This document shows positions 19,575 to 28,901 of a stretch of DNA of 64,000 bases, in pieces; the stretch's first letter is position 1, and each line of letters opens with the position of its first letter. A program made the position numbers and the translations under genes. The notes beneath the pieces are model-generated. The model was not told the origin of the DNA, did not search any database, and saw only the letters and a list, made by a program, of their open reading frames with translations. Location: the NCBI GenBank assembly GCA_027493955.1, contig JAOSJT010000001.1, forward strand, positions 1,349,131 through 1,413,130. The letters are read 5' to 3'. The DNA comes from Bacteroidia bacterium (GTDB lineage Bacteria > Bacteroidota > Ignavibacteria > SZUA-365).

Positions 19575-20504
19575 CGCGTCCCGGACATCGAGCAGCGGGC
19601 CGAGGTCGTCGAGATCGCGAATGATGGCCGCGTCCATCGATTCGAGAGAAGCCGCGTACGCCCCCGCCGCACGTCCTCCCACTGCCACGGCAACGCCACC
19701 GGGAAGAAGCGTGGCGAGGCGACGCAAATCGCGGTGCAGCAGAGCATCGTCGGCGGGATAGACGATGCCGAGAATCAACATGCGCGCACTCAATTGACGC
19801 ACGGCGGCCGCGATTTCCTCCGACGGAAGATTGGCGCCGAGATACACGACATTCCATCCACGCATGGCAACCGTTACTGCCGCGATGAGCGCTCCGAGTT
19901 CGTGTACTTGATTCACCGGCGTGCAAACCAGCGCCGAGGGAGCGCTGGGGAAGCGCGGCGCCGCAGCAACGATGGAGCCGAGAAAGGTGCGCACGGCTGC
20001 GGTCGCCATGTGCTCGTGCGCGATGCGCATCGTCCCCTCCTGCCATTGACGCCCGAGTGCTTCAAGAAACGGTACGATGACCTCCCCTATCAACGCCTGC
20101 TGCGGCAGATGAAGCGAGGCCTGCGTCAGCACATCCTCCAAGGCACGAACGTCCAGCGCGCGGACTGCCGCGAGCATATCGCCCTGAAAATCTCTTCCTT
20201 CGGGAGATCCGGTGCTACCCGGATCCGGCACATGCTTCCCGGTGCGTTCTTTCGCGAGAAGCTCTATAAGCGCTTCGTTGCTCAACGCCGCAAGCTCCCC
20301 GATGGAATGCCTCAGCTCGATAAGCTGGCGGAGCAAAATCAAACGCTCGATATCCCTGTCGGAATAGAGACGGCGGTTGCTTTCCGTCCGCTCCGGAGAC
20401 AAAACCTGATGCCTCTTCTCCCACGCACGGATGACATACACAGACACGCCCGACATCTCCGATGCGAGTCTTATGGGGTATTTGTATGTTTGGCTGTCTT
20501 TCAT
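19494..20504 (-). CDS. MerR-family transcriptional regulator with C-terminal cobalamin-binding-like domain (CarH/LitR-like)
   Basis: N-terminal MerR helix-turn-helix: YPIRLASEMSGVSVYVIRAWEKRHQVLSPERTESNRRLYSDRDIERL. The C-terminal region has a Q-V-H-E-L-G segment resembling the B12-binding DxHxxG motif, followed by LILGIV and VGGRAAG segments. Start placed at MKDSQTYKY. Confidence 0.55.
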   Translation of the reverse strand: MKDSQTYKYPIRLASEMSGVSVYVIRAWEKRHQVLSPERTESNRRLYSDRDIERLILLRQLIELRHSIGELAALSNEALIELLAKERTGKHVPDPGSTGSPEGRDFQGDMLAAVRALDVRALEDVLTQASLHLPQQALIGEVIVPFLEALGRQWQEGTMRIAHEHMATAAVRTFLGSIVAAAPRFPSAPSALVCTPVNQVHELGALIAAVTVAMRGWNVVYLGANLPSEEIAAAVRQLSARMLILGIVYPADDALLHRDLRRLATLLPGGVAVAVGGRAAGAYAASLESMDAAIIRDLDDLGPLLDVRDAPLRLREKKLTQSRKEAKAQRDFKGTV

Positions 20505-20682
20505 TTTGTCTAGTATTTGTATCAAACTTATTGATAAAATGTATGGAATGCAAGCATCATTACGCACTATGCAAAAATTTCTGAAATATTTGTCTAACTA
20601 CGGAACCATTATTTCTAGACACAGGTTTACAATACCGTAAGCATTACAGAGCTTTTCACTCAACGATACAAAAGGACCAGAC

Positions 20683-22047
20683 ATGAAACGGACAATGATT
20701 CAGGCGCTTCCTCTCAACATGGCAACGGCATTGCGCATGCCTGCATTTACGCTCCTTCTTCTCACGGCGGCCCTCCTGTCGATGAGCACCACGGGATGCA
20801 GCGAGGATGAAGCGACACCTGCAGCTCCGATGACGAACAACGGTCAGTCATCGATTCGCGTTGTGCACACCTCGCACGATGCTCCCGCCGTGGATGTGTG
20901 GGTCAACGGGAGCAAAGCCATCAGCAATCTCGCCTACGGTGCGAGCTCAGGGTACGCTGTAGTCAACGCGGGTACGGTCAATGTCAAGGTGGTCCCCGCT
21001 GGAGCGACATCTCCGGTAGTTATTGAGGCGAACCTGCCTATCGAACAGAGCAAAAGGTATACGGTGCTGGCAATGAACACGCTCGCCAACATCACTCCGG
21101 TGGTCGCCAACGATGCTGATGCCGGCGCGAAAGCGAAAGTACGCTTCATTCATGCATCTACCGACGCTCCGGCTGTCGATATCAAGTTGAATAACGGTGC
21201 CGGAGCTTCGCTTTTCGCCAACACCGCATTCAAAGGTGTGAGAGATTTTATTGAAGTCGATGGTGGCTCCTACACGCTGGCCGTCACCGCCGCGGGCAAT
21301 TCCAAAGAAGTTGTGATCCTTGACAAGGTAACTCTGGAAAACGGCAAGATGTACTCGATCGTAGCACATGGCACGCTTGACGCAAGCGACAACTATCCGT
21401 TTGGAGTTCGCGCTTTCATTGACAATGGCGATGGCAAGCTCTTCGCGGATCTCTCCCCCGCGACGGCGCTTCTCAAGGTCATCCACGCCTCTCCCGACGC
21501 CCCGGCTGTCGACCTCTACCTCGATGGTGTCTTGTCCGGTTCCAATCTGACATTTCCGAATAATACCGGCTATTTGAGCATCCCCGCCGGAACGCGTGCT
21601 ATAAAGGTGAATGTGGCCGGAACCATGACCACTGCTATCGGCGCCGACCTCCTGTTCGATGCGGGTAAAAACTACTCCGTCTTCGCGGTCAACCGCGTCG
21701 CCAACATCGAAGCGCTGGTGCTGCAAGATGATCTCACGATGCCTGCTGCCGGTCAAGCGCATGTACGCTTCGTGCATCTCTCGTCCGATGCCCCTGCGGT
21801 AGATATTACCACCAAGGACGGAACAGTCGTCTTCCCCAACGTGTCCTTCAAGAAATTCACGAGCTTTCTCCCGCTCAATGCAGGATCCTATGATCTGCAG
21901 GTTCGTCTGGCCGGGACCTCAACGGTTGTCCTCGATCTGAACGGCATCCGTCTCGACAACGGTAAAATCTACACCGTCTTCGCCCGCGGCTTCGTATCCG
22001 GCTCCGGCGGCACGGCTCTCAACGCGCAGATTATCGTCAACAAGTAA
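20683..22047 (+). CDS. DUF4397 domain lipoprotein (4 repeats)
   Basis: Lipobox LLSMSTTGCS. Four repeats of VRxxHASxDAPAVDV...G, which matches DUF4397 as I remember it. Confidence 0.75.
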   Translation: MKRTMIQALPLNMATALRMPAFTLLLLTAALLSMSTTGCSEDEATPAAPMTNNGQSSIRVVHTSHDAPAVDVWVNGSKAISNLAYGASSGYAVVNAGTVNVKVVPAGATSPVVIEANLPIEQSKRYTVLAMNTLANITPVVANDADAGAKAKVRFIHASTDAPAVDIKLNNGAGASLFANTAFKGVRDFIEVDGGSYTLAVTAAGNSKEVVILDKVTLENGKMYSIVAHGTLDASDNYPFGVRAFIDNGDGKLFADLSPATALLKVIHASPDAPAVDLYLDGVLSGSNLTFPNNTGYLSIPAGTRAIKVNVAGTMTTAIGADLLFDAGKNYSVFAVNRVANIEALVLQDDLTMPAAGQAHVRFVHLSSDAPAVDITTKDGTVVFPNVSFKKFTSFLPLNAGSYDLQVRLAGTSTVVLDLNGIRLDNGKIYTVFARGFVSGSGGTALNAQIIVNK

Positions 22048-22093
22048 AAAATCATCGAACTCAATAACATCACATCAATACAAGGAACACATC

Positions 22094-22597
22094 ATGAAAA
22101 CTCGCATAGCCTCCATCCTCTTCGGCCTTTTATCCATCGCGCTCTTCGCTCAATCCCCTGTTCAGGCGCACGGCCATGAAAAAGGAAAAAAAGACATTGT
22201 GACCGTCGCCGTGGAAGCCGGAAACTTCACCACGCTTGCCAAGGCGCTGACCGCCACCGGCCTTGTCGACGCTCTCAAGGGTAAGGGTCCGTTCACCGTC
22301 TTCGCTCCCACGGACGAAGCCTTCGCCAAACTGCCGAAGGGAACGCTGGAAAGTCTTCTCAAGGACACGGAAGCGCTGAAGAACATCCTTCTCTACCATG
22401 TGGTCAGTGGCAGTGTGACTTCATCAGAAGTTGTCAAACTCAAGAACGCAACGACCTTGTCGGGTCAGTCGGTCATGATCAGCGTCAAAGGCGACAAAGT
22501 GATGATCGACAAGTCTTCCGTCACCGCAGTCGACATTGCCGCATCGAACGGCGTGATTCACGTCATCGATCAGGTGCTGATTCCGGCAACGAAATAA
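22094..22597 (+). CDS. Fasciclin (FAS1) domain protein, secreted
   Basis: Signal peptide MKTRIASILFGLLSIALFAQ. FAS1 motifs present: GPFTVFAPTDEAFAKLP, ILLYHVVSG and VIHVIDQVLIP. Confidence 0.85.
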   Translation: MKTRIASILFGLLSIALFAQSPVQAHGHEKGKKDIVTVAVEAGNFTTLAKALTATGLVDALKGKGPFTVFAPTDEAFAKLPKGTLESLLKDTEALKNILLYHVVSGSVTSSEVVKLKNATTLSGQSVMISVKGDKVMIDKSSVTAVDIAASNGVIHVIDQVLIPATK

Positions 22598-22657
22598 CAC
22601 TCAGAACTCTGTTTTTTTCGAACGCCGCGGAGCTTCTTCGCGGCGTTCGTGTATATT
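22551..22657 (+). repeat. 105-bp direct repeat, copy 1: last 15 codons of the fasciclin gene plus a GC hairpin (putative terminator 22619-22648)
   Basis: Nearly identical to 25014-25117. The hairpin is GAACGCCGCGgagcttcttCGCGGCGTTC, preceded by a T7 run. Confidence 0.8.
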
Positions 22658-22811
22658 GACATTTCCATGACAATACGCCCGGCTTGGCCGCATAATTTGC
22701 TTCCGGAGTCCGCATTCACGATGCCGGATATCCGAGGATCACCAGTACACGACTCACCATTTTGCCAGAACGGAAACGACGCACTTTCACCGACAACCGG
22801 AGTAATACCCA

Positions 22812-24941
22812 ATGCTGAACACACGGATACTGACCATTGCAGCCCTGACGATGGCATTATTCCCTTTGACTTCGGTCAGCCAGAATTTCTGGTCACAGAC
22901 CGACGGTCCTCACGGCGCTTCCGTCAAGTCGCTGGCAATAGCTAACGACGGCTCGCTTCTGGCGGGAACGGAAGGAGGAGGTCTCTTCCGCTCACCGGAC
23001 GACGGAGAACACTGGGAACGAATATTCGTACAGGTTCTCAACGGCATCACGCCGAAGTACAGCGAAGTTCCTGCAATCGCCCTAAACAGCGCCGGTCACA
23101 TTTATATCGGCACCTGGGGTGGTGGTATTTACAGTTCGAGAAACAACGGGAACACGTGGAGCGGCGGGTTGCCTTCGTTCACCGGAGTACGTTCGCTGGT
23201 CTTCAATGCAAGTGGAGACCTGCTTGCGGGATTCGACGGAGGAAGCTACGCATCCGGGGTATATCGGACTACGGACAACGGCTTCAGCTGGACAAACGTC
23301 GGCTTGAAAAGCTATAGACCGAACGCTTTCGCAAAAGGCGAGGACGATACACTGTACGCGTCCTCGAGTTCCGGATGCCACCTATCAACCGATTGCGGTG
23401 CTTCGTGGTCTCCTATGGGCTATCTCATACAGAACAGGGACTGCAACTCTATAGCACTTCTCGAGGACGGCACGATTCTCACTGGCACGGACCGCGGTAT
23501 TTTCAAAACGACAAACAACGGCGTTGAGTGGACGCAGGCGAACAATAATCTGCTCGACACCTTTGTGTTGTCAATCGCCGTCGGGCAGAACGGGACGGTC
23601 TTTGCAGGGACGTCGAAAGGGAGTGTCTATGCTTCGTCCAACCGGGGCGGAAACTGGCAGCGCATCAATGAGGGGTCTATCTGGTCTGCGGTAAACGTAC
23701 TCCTGGCCGATCCAGCACGCGGGCTGTTTGCCGGGACGGCAGGCGGAGGCATTTTTCACACGTCTGACGCCGGGGAGAATTGGATGCGGAAGGACCGCCG
23801 CCTGCCCGCCACGCTCGTACGCTCCATGACGGTCGCAACGGATGGACGCATTTACGCCGCTACGGCGGGCGCTGGCGTGCATCACTCTTCCGATAACGGC
23901 GAATCCTGGTATTCAACGGCGCTGGACAGTATAGACGCGCGGACGATTTTCGCATATTCCGGCGGCCATTTGTTTGCCGGTGCGGACAGTGGCGTCGTCT
24001 ATCGCTCTTCGGATGAAGGACAGACCTGGCAACGGATGCTGACAGGCGGCGTCAATGCTGTCCGCTGCTTCGGCATACATTCCACAGGCACGCTTTTCGC
24101 AGGAACGTTCGGGGAGGGTGTTTTCCGCTCCACCGACGGAGGTGACAACTGGGCGCCATCGAACGCCGGATTGACGAATATGTATATCTCAGCCACCGCC
24201 ACGGCTCGTAACGGCAATATAATCGTCGGGAGTTCCTGGGGACTGTTTATTTCGACAGACGCAGGCCTTAATTGGAGGCTCAATTCCACGCTGTCCACCG
24301 TCGGCATATCCTCGATATCCGTGACCTCGATGGGCGACCTGATAGCAGTCGCCTCGGCATCTCTTTACAAATCAACGAATCATGGGGTCAACTGGACCAG
24401 GATGACGACGGCTTCGACTTCAGGGATTCAGGCGTTGGCAACCGGCCCCGGTGGTCGGATATGGTTCAGCTCCGGACCAAGGTCCTTCAGCAACATTCCC
24501 GTAGTGTATGAATCGACCGACGACGGGGTTACATGGACCGACGTTGATCATTCAACGTCCATTCTCTCCCTCGTCTTGACTGCCAACGGCTACCTTCTTG
24601 CCGGCACAGACGGCAGCGGAGTGCTCCGTAGCGCAAAAGTGGTGCTTCCGACATCTTCCGATAAGCCCCGACCGCCAGCAGAGTGTCGACTGGAATCCAA
24701 CTATCCGAACCCATTCAGTAGCCGAACCACGATCCGCTTCACACTTTCCCACCGGCAATCCGTCCGCCTGACAGTGCACAATCTCGCCGGTGAGCAGGTG
24801 GCGCAGCTCCTGTCGGGCCAATACGATGCCGGCACTCATTGTGTGGAATGGGCTGTGCCGGAATACCCCGACGGTGCGTATTTCTGTCGGCTGATTGCGG
24901 ACGGAGCCGTGCAATCAAGCATGCTCATGATCGTTCGGTGA
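22812..24941 (+). CDS. BNR/Asp-box repeat (sialidase/sortilin-like beta-propeller) protein with T9SS C-terminal sorting domain
   Basis: More than 12 S-x-D-x-G-x-x-W Asp-box motifs (SPDDGEHW, SRNNGNTW, TTDNGFSW, STDCGASW and others). C-terminus reads YPNPFSSRTTIRFTLSHRQSVRLTVHNLAGEQVAQL...AYFCRLIADGAVQSSMLMIV. Confidence 0.8.
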   Translation: MLNTRILTIAALTMALFPLTSVSQNFWSQTDGPHGASVKSLAIANDGSLLAGTEGGGLFRSPDDGEHWERIFVQVLNGITPKYSEVPAIALNSAGHIYIGTWGGGIYSSRNNGNTWSGGLPSFTGVRSLVFNASGDLLAGFDGGSYASGVYRTTDNGFSWTNVGLKSYRPNAFAKGEDDTLYASSSSGCHLSTDCGASWSPMGYLIQNRDCNSIALLEDGTILTGTDRGIFKTTNNGVEWTQANNNLLDTFVLSIAVGQNGTVFAGTSKGSVYASSNRGGNWQRINEGSIWSAVNVLLADPARGLFAGTAGGGIFHTSDAGENWMRKDRRLPATLVRSMTVATDGRIYAATAGAGVHHSSDNGESWYSTALDSIDARTIFAYSGGHLFAGADSGVVYRSSDEGQTWQRMLTGGVNAVRCFGIHSTGTLFAGTFGEGVFRSTDGGDNWAPSNAGLTNMYISATATARNGNIIVGSSWGLFISTDAGLNWRLNSTLSTVGISSISVTSMGDLIAVASASLYKSTNHGVNWTRMTTASTSGIQALATGPGGRIWFSSGPRSFSNIPVVYESTDDGVTWTDVDHSTSILSLVLTANGYLLAGTDGSGVLRSAKVVLPTSSDKPRPPAECRLESNYPNPFSSRTTIRFTLSHRQSVRLTVHNLAGEQVAQLLSGQYDAGTHCVEWAVPEYPDGAYFCRLIADGAVQSSMLMIVR

Positions 24942-25013
24942 GACGTCGGGAGACCTTGGTAGACTGACGGGAACAGAATGATTTGCGGAGTAAGACCAAA
25001 CGAATAGACGAGG

Positions 25014-25117
25014 CGTGATTCACGTCATCGATCAGGTGCTGATTCCCGCAACGAAATAACACTCAGAACTCTGTTCTTTTTCGAACGCCGCGGCGCTTCT
25101 CCGCGGCGTTCGTGTAT
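25014..25117 (+). repeat. 105-bp direct repeat, copy 2 (duplicate of the fasciclin 3' end and hairpin), immediately after the BNR gene
   Basis: gcgtgattcacgtcatcgatcaggtgctgattcc(c/g)gcaacgaaataacactcagaactctgtt...cgaacgccgcgg.gcttct.cgcggcgttcgtgtat. Confidence 0.8.
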
Positions 25118-25417
25118 TTAGCAGCCGAAGGGGGCTTGCTCGCTGTCACATTCCCGCTGTTGATTGCCAGGTGGTACTGCCTTCAAAGGGCCGGGCGACA
25201 TTGACGCTCCGACAGCAGCCACAAGATACACCCGACGGTAGGTATATGATCGATGCCGTGTCGTGGAATGCAGGCGAATATCTGCTGCTCGCGGGATAAC
25301 AGGCTCTCCGCGTTGTGGAACAGCGATGCAGGCGATGGCATTGCGGAGCCAGACGATATCAAAGTGCGGCTCTACCCAACACGGTACCGTAGCAAGAAGG
25401 AGAATATCACTTGCTTT

Positions 25418-25516
25418 TATACCTTTACGGGTATATGTTAAGGGGTGATATCCATTTTTATACCTGCACGGGTATAACAAGTTCGCAACAGAAGCAATTA
25501 TACCCGATCAGGTACA
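25418..25516 (+). promoter_or_regulatory. Three phased palindromic operator sites TATACC-n6-GGTATA (25418-25435, 25459-25476, 25499-25516) in the hipBST promoter region
   Basis: Perfect 6-6-6 palindromes spaced 40-41 bp apart, i.e. about 4 helical turns, directly upstream of the hipB start at 25532. Confidence 0.55.
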
Positions 25517-25531
25517 ATACTCGGTGAGATA

Positions 25532-25786
25532 ATGAACATTCAGCGGTTCGTCAAGGAAAAGCGAAAAGCAACGGGTCTGACACAGCCCGATCTCGCTGAG
25601 CGCGCGGGCGTCGGATTGAGATTCGTCCGGGATTTGGAGCAGGGCAAAGCCACGTTACGAATGGACAAAGTGAACCTTGTGCTCCGTACTTTCGGGCACG
25701 AGTTGGGGCCGGTACCCATGGATCGCGATCTGCTTTTAGAAAGCGAGACCGGTATCGAACGATCAAAGAAGCGGAGCATGCAATGA
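25532..25786 (+). CDS. hipB: HipB-like XRE-family HTH antitoxin/repressor
   Basis: XRE-type helix-turn-helix segment LTQPDLAERAGVGLRFVRDLEQGK. First gene of the operon. Confidence 0.8.
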   Translation: MNIQRFVKEKRKATGLTQPDLAERAGVGLRFVRDLEQGKATLRMDKVNLVLRTFGHELGPVPMDRDLLLESETGIERSKKRSMQ

Positions 25787-26112
25787 GAATCGCAGAGGTA
25801 TTCATGCACGAACAATACGCGGGGAGACTCATCGAAGATGAGAACGGGTACACGTTCACCTATGATCCAACCTACCTCGCCTCCGGAGGAAAACCAGCAA
25901 TCAGCCTCACCCTCCCTCTTCAAAAAGAATCATTCGAAAACCCGGTCCTCTTTCCGTTTTTCGACGGCCTGATTCCCGAGGGATGGCTGCTGGACGTCGC
26001 CCGCGAAAATTGGAAGCTGGATCCGCGCGACCGCATGGGATTACTTATGACGTGTTGTCGCGACTGCATCGGCGCCGTCAGTGTGCGCGCCACCGGAGAA
26101 GCAGGATTATGA
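25783..26112 (+). CDS. hipS: HipS-like protein (HipA N-terminal subdomain as a stand-alone protein)
   Basis: 109 aa. The HipA_N-like couple motif reads VFMHEQYAGRLIEDENGYTFTYDPTYL...LPLQKESFENPVLFPFFDGLIPEGW. ATGA overlaps with both neighbouring genes. Confidence 0.75.
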   Translation: MRIAEVFMHEQYAGRLIEDENGYTFTYDPTYLASGGKPAISLTLPLQKESFENPVLFPFFDGLIPEGWLLDVARENWKLDPRDRMGLLMTCCRDCIGAVSVRATGEAGL

Positions 26113-27074
26113 ACTCTGTGAAACGCTGTCTGTTCTGCTATGCATTGCTCGATGATGAGTCCGGAGATTTTCACCCGGCATGCAGTCGAAAAATGTTCGG
26201 CACTCCTCAACCGCCCAAGTTACCGTACTCCGAGTCGGACATGCTGCGTCTGGCGCTGCAGGTAGTCCGCTCGCGGATAGCGGTAACCGGTGTGCAGGCA
26301 AAATTGTCGCTCGAACTGGAAAAGGCCGTGAAAAACGTACACGACAGGCGGTTTACCATCGTCGGAATGTGGGGACGTTATACTCTCAAACCTCCGACCC
26401 CGCAGTATCCGTACCTGCCGGAAGTGGAAGATTGCACCATGCATTTGGCATCGCTGGCAGGTTTACGCACCGTACCGCACTCACTGATTCGCATGCAATC
26501 AGGAAAGCTCGCGTACATCACCGCGAGAATTGATCGCACAAAGGAGGGGCTGCTGCACATGGAGGACATGTGCCAGATTACGGGTCGGCTCACAGAACAC
26601 AAGTATCACGGCTCACACGAGCAAATTGCGAGAGCCCTCATCCGGTACTCGGCGAATCCCTTGTTCGACGTCGGCATATTCTACGAACAGGTCCTGTTTT
26701 CATTCCTTACGGGGAATGCGGACATGCATCTGAAGAATTTCTCGCTGATCGACAGTCCCGGTATCGGCTATGCGCTCGCCCCGGCGTACGACATGGTCGC
26801 CACCGCGCTGGTCAATCCGAAGGATACGGAGGAACTCGCGCTGACACTTGACGGCAAGAAGCGGAGCATTTCCCGGCGCAGCTTCGAGAATGCGTGTTAT
26901 CTCGCCGGGCTGAATGAAAAATCCGTGGGTGCCATGTTCCGCCGCTTTGAGAAGGCGATCCCGCGCTGGATGGAATTCATAGGAATCAGCTTTTTGCCGG
27001 AAGCCGTGAAGGAAGAATTCAGGGCGATCATAAAGCAACGCGCCGGGAGAGTGGGGCTCTGTACCGGTGAATAG
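26109..27074 (+). CDS. hipT: HipT-like Ser/Thr kinase toxin (HipA C-terminal kinase core) with N-terminal CxxC...HxxC zinc-ribbon-like motif
   Basis: Gly-rich loop IAVTGVQAKLS and catalytic motif GNADMHLKNFSL (D-x-H-x-KN). The start MNSVKRCLFCYALLD at 26109 was verified. Confidence 0.85.
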   Translation: MNSVKRCLFCYALLDDESGDFHPACSRKMFGTPQPPKLPYSESDMLRLALQVVRSRIAVTGVQAKLSLELEKAVKNVHDRRFTIVGMWGRYTLKPPTPQYPYLPEVEDCTMHLASLAGLRTVPHSLIRMQSGKLAYITARIDRTKEGLLHMEDMCQITGRLTEHKYHGSHEQIARALIRYSANPLFDVGIFYEQVLFSFLTGNADMHLKNFSLIDSPGIGYALAPAYDMVATALVNPKDTEELALTLDGKKRSISRRSFENACYLAGLNEKSVGAMFRRFEKAIPRWMEFIGISFLPEAVKEEFRAIIKQRAGRVGLCTGE

Positions 27075-27326
27075 GAATCCGGATTCTCGTCCGGTGATTT
27101 CGTGTATGTCAATACATCCGCTCACCCAATCCGATGTATGCCTTCAACCTGAACCGACGACAACTGTGCACTCGTTCCGCTACATACATCATACAGGCCG
27201 AGTGGGGTCGCGCGATATTCTCGCGGGGAGGAAATCTTCATCCATGCCTTCCGCGATATGTCGAAAAAAACAGCCGGACTGAGCGGTAGCATGCTGCGCA
27301 CACATCCCGGTTTCGCTTCAGACGAA

Positions 27327-28901
27327 TCACCAGACGAGCATACTGCGCATGGACTGCACGCCACCCGCTCGCAGAACGACGGTGTATACGCCTGATGGAA
27401 TCTGCCGCACGCGGAAAGGGACGCTGTACATCCCGCACTCCTGCAGGCCTTCCACAAGCGTCGCGACGCAGCGCCCCATCGCATCGTACACACGCAGCGA
27501 CACCTCGCCTGCAGCGGGGAGTGTGTAATTGATCGTCGTCGCTTCGCGGAAGGGATTCGGATAATTCTGCTCCAATCGCGGACTCGCCGGCGTTGTCTCA
27601 AGCTGCGACCCATGATCTCCCATTCCGGTGGTGGCCGATGCGTCGCGTACCAGACGCACGTAATTATATATGCGAATCGCGTCCCCCTGCGGACCGCGGC
27701 CCTGCGGATAGTCCGCGGGATCGCCCGCTTTGGGATCGGAGCGCTGACAACCGGCGCCGTGCACGTCTATCCACCTGCCGTTCATATAGCCCATTCCCCT
27801 GCCGAAGGCCACATACGCTGCGGCGTTTCCGCTGCCGTTGAATGCCGCGTGCGTGGTCGAAGACCAATAACAGGGGTAATCCTGTTCGCCCGCTTCATTC
27901 GTGATGCTCGTGCAATCGAATACCGGATCGATGGCCGGAGAATTGCTGCTGGCCGGCGCGCGTGTGTAATCAAGTATGCTCTGAAGCTCCTTGACATTGG
28001 GCAGGCGCCAGTCGTTGTGGCCCAGATACGTTTCGTTGTTTTTCTGCGCCGCCCAGGCGAGGGCGTCCTGCCAATTCAGTTTGACGCCGCCGTCGGATTG
28101 CGACCACATCAGTCCTGTTGCACGGTCGGTGATAGTGCCATCGCCATTGTCGAAGAAGTCATTGTTGCCGTAGCTCGTGTTGCCCCGCACGCAGAGCACG
28201 AAATATGTCGCTGTCCGCCCGCCCGGTCCGGTGGATTTCGGGTAACCTTTGATGCGTCCATCGGCGAAATTGACACCGAACATGGTCTCGCCGCCGCCCA
28301 TAGTCGTGGATGTGTACAGCGTGCTGCTCGCGTACTGCGCATCGATAATGCGTTCGCCCGCCGCGGGATCTCCGTAAGCGAATCTGAGATACTCCTGATC
28401 GAGGAAGGACGTCAATTGCCGCGTGTCGGTACCGTTGTAGCCGGAAGGATCGGTGCCGCGAAAATCCATGAGGGAATACAGCTCCTTGATCGTCGGCAGT
28501 CTCCAGTCACTGTAGCCGCCGTGCACCGCAGAATTGAGCGCCACGGGATGAGCCGTGGCCTGCGCGAAGGTGAGCTTATCTGCGGATGAGACAATCCCGT
28601 CGCCGTTGGTGTCCGCAGCCCGCTGCCAGGTCAAACCGCTGACGTGGTCGAACACCGTCAAGCCATCGGTGCTCACGGTATAACTCGGCTGATGTCCCGC
28701 GTACTGTGCGTCCTGCCCGTGGAAGGGTTGCCCGATTTGCGGCGTCGCTATGACCGCGTTGTTGTTGTAGCTCAACTGCTGATGCGTATCAACCACGGAA
28801 TACGGCAATTGCTGCGCATGCGTCATCCATGCTGAAAGAGGACAAAGCACCAGGAAGAGTGTATACGGCAATCGTTTTGTTGAACGATGTGAAGCTTTCA
28901 T
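27327..28901 (-). CDS. DUF1566 (Lcl C-terminal domain) repeat protein with T9SS C-terminal sorting domain
   Basis: Two DUF1566 signatures (YSDWRLPTIKELYSL and HNDWRLPNVKELQSIL). C-terminal tail reads YPNPFREATTINYTLPAAGEVSLRVYDAMGRCVATL...VYTVVLRAGGVQSMRSMLV. Confidence 0.8.
   Translation of the reverse strand: MKASHRSTKRLPYTLFLVLCPLSAWMTHAQQLPYSVVDTHQQLSYNNNAVIATPQIGQPFHGQDAQYAGHQPSYTVSTDGLTVFDHVSGLTWQRAADTNGDGIVSSADKLTFAQATAHPVALNSAVHGGYSDWRLPTIKELYSLMDFRGTDPSGYNGTDTRQLTSFLDQEYLRFAYGDPAAGERIIDAQYASSTLYTSTTMGGGETMFGVNFADGRIKGYPKSTGPGGRTATYFVLCVRGNTSYGNNDFFDNGDGTITDRATGLMWSQSDGGVKLNWQDALAWAAQKNNETYLGHNDWRLPNVKELQSILDYTRAPASSNSPAIDPVFDCTSITNEAGEQDYPCYWSSTTHAAFNGSGNAAAYVAFGRGMGYMNGRWIDVHGAGCQRSDPKAGDPADYPQGRGPQGDAIRIYNYVRLVRDASATTGMGDHGSQLETTPASPRLEQNYPNPFREATTINYTLPAAGEVSLRVYDAMGRCVATLVEGLQECGMYSVPFRVRQIPSGVYTVVLRAGGVQSMRSMLVW

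Noticed and set aside
25118-25480. 120-aa minus-strand ORF
   Set aside because: It covers the duplicated terminator and the hipBST operator region, and has no support as a gene.
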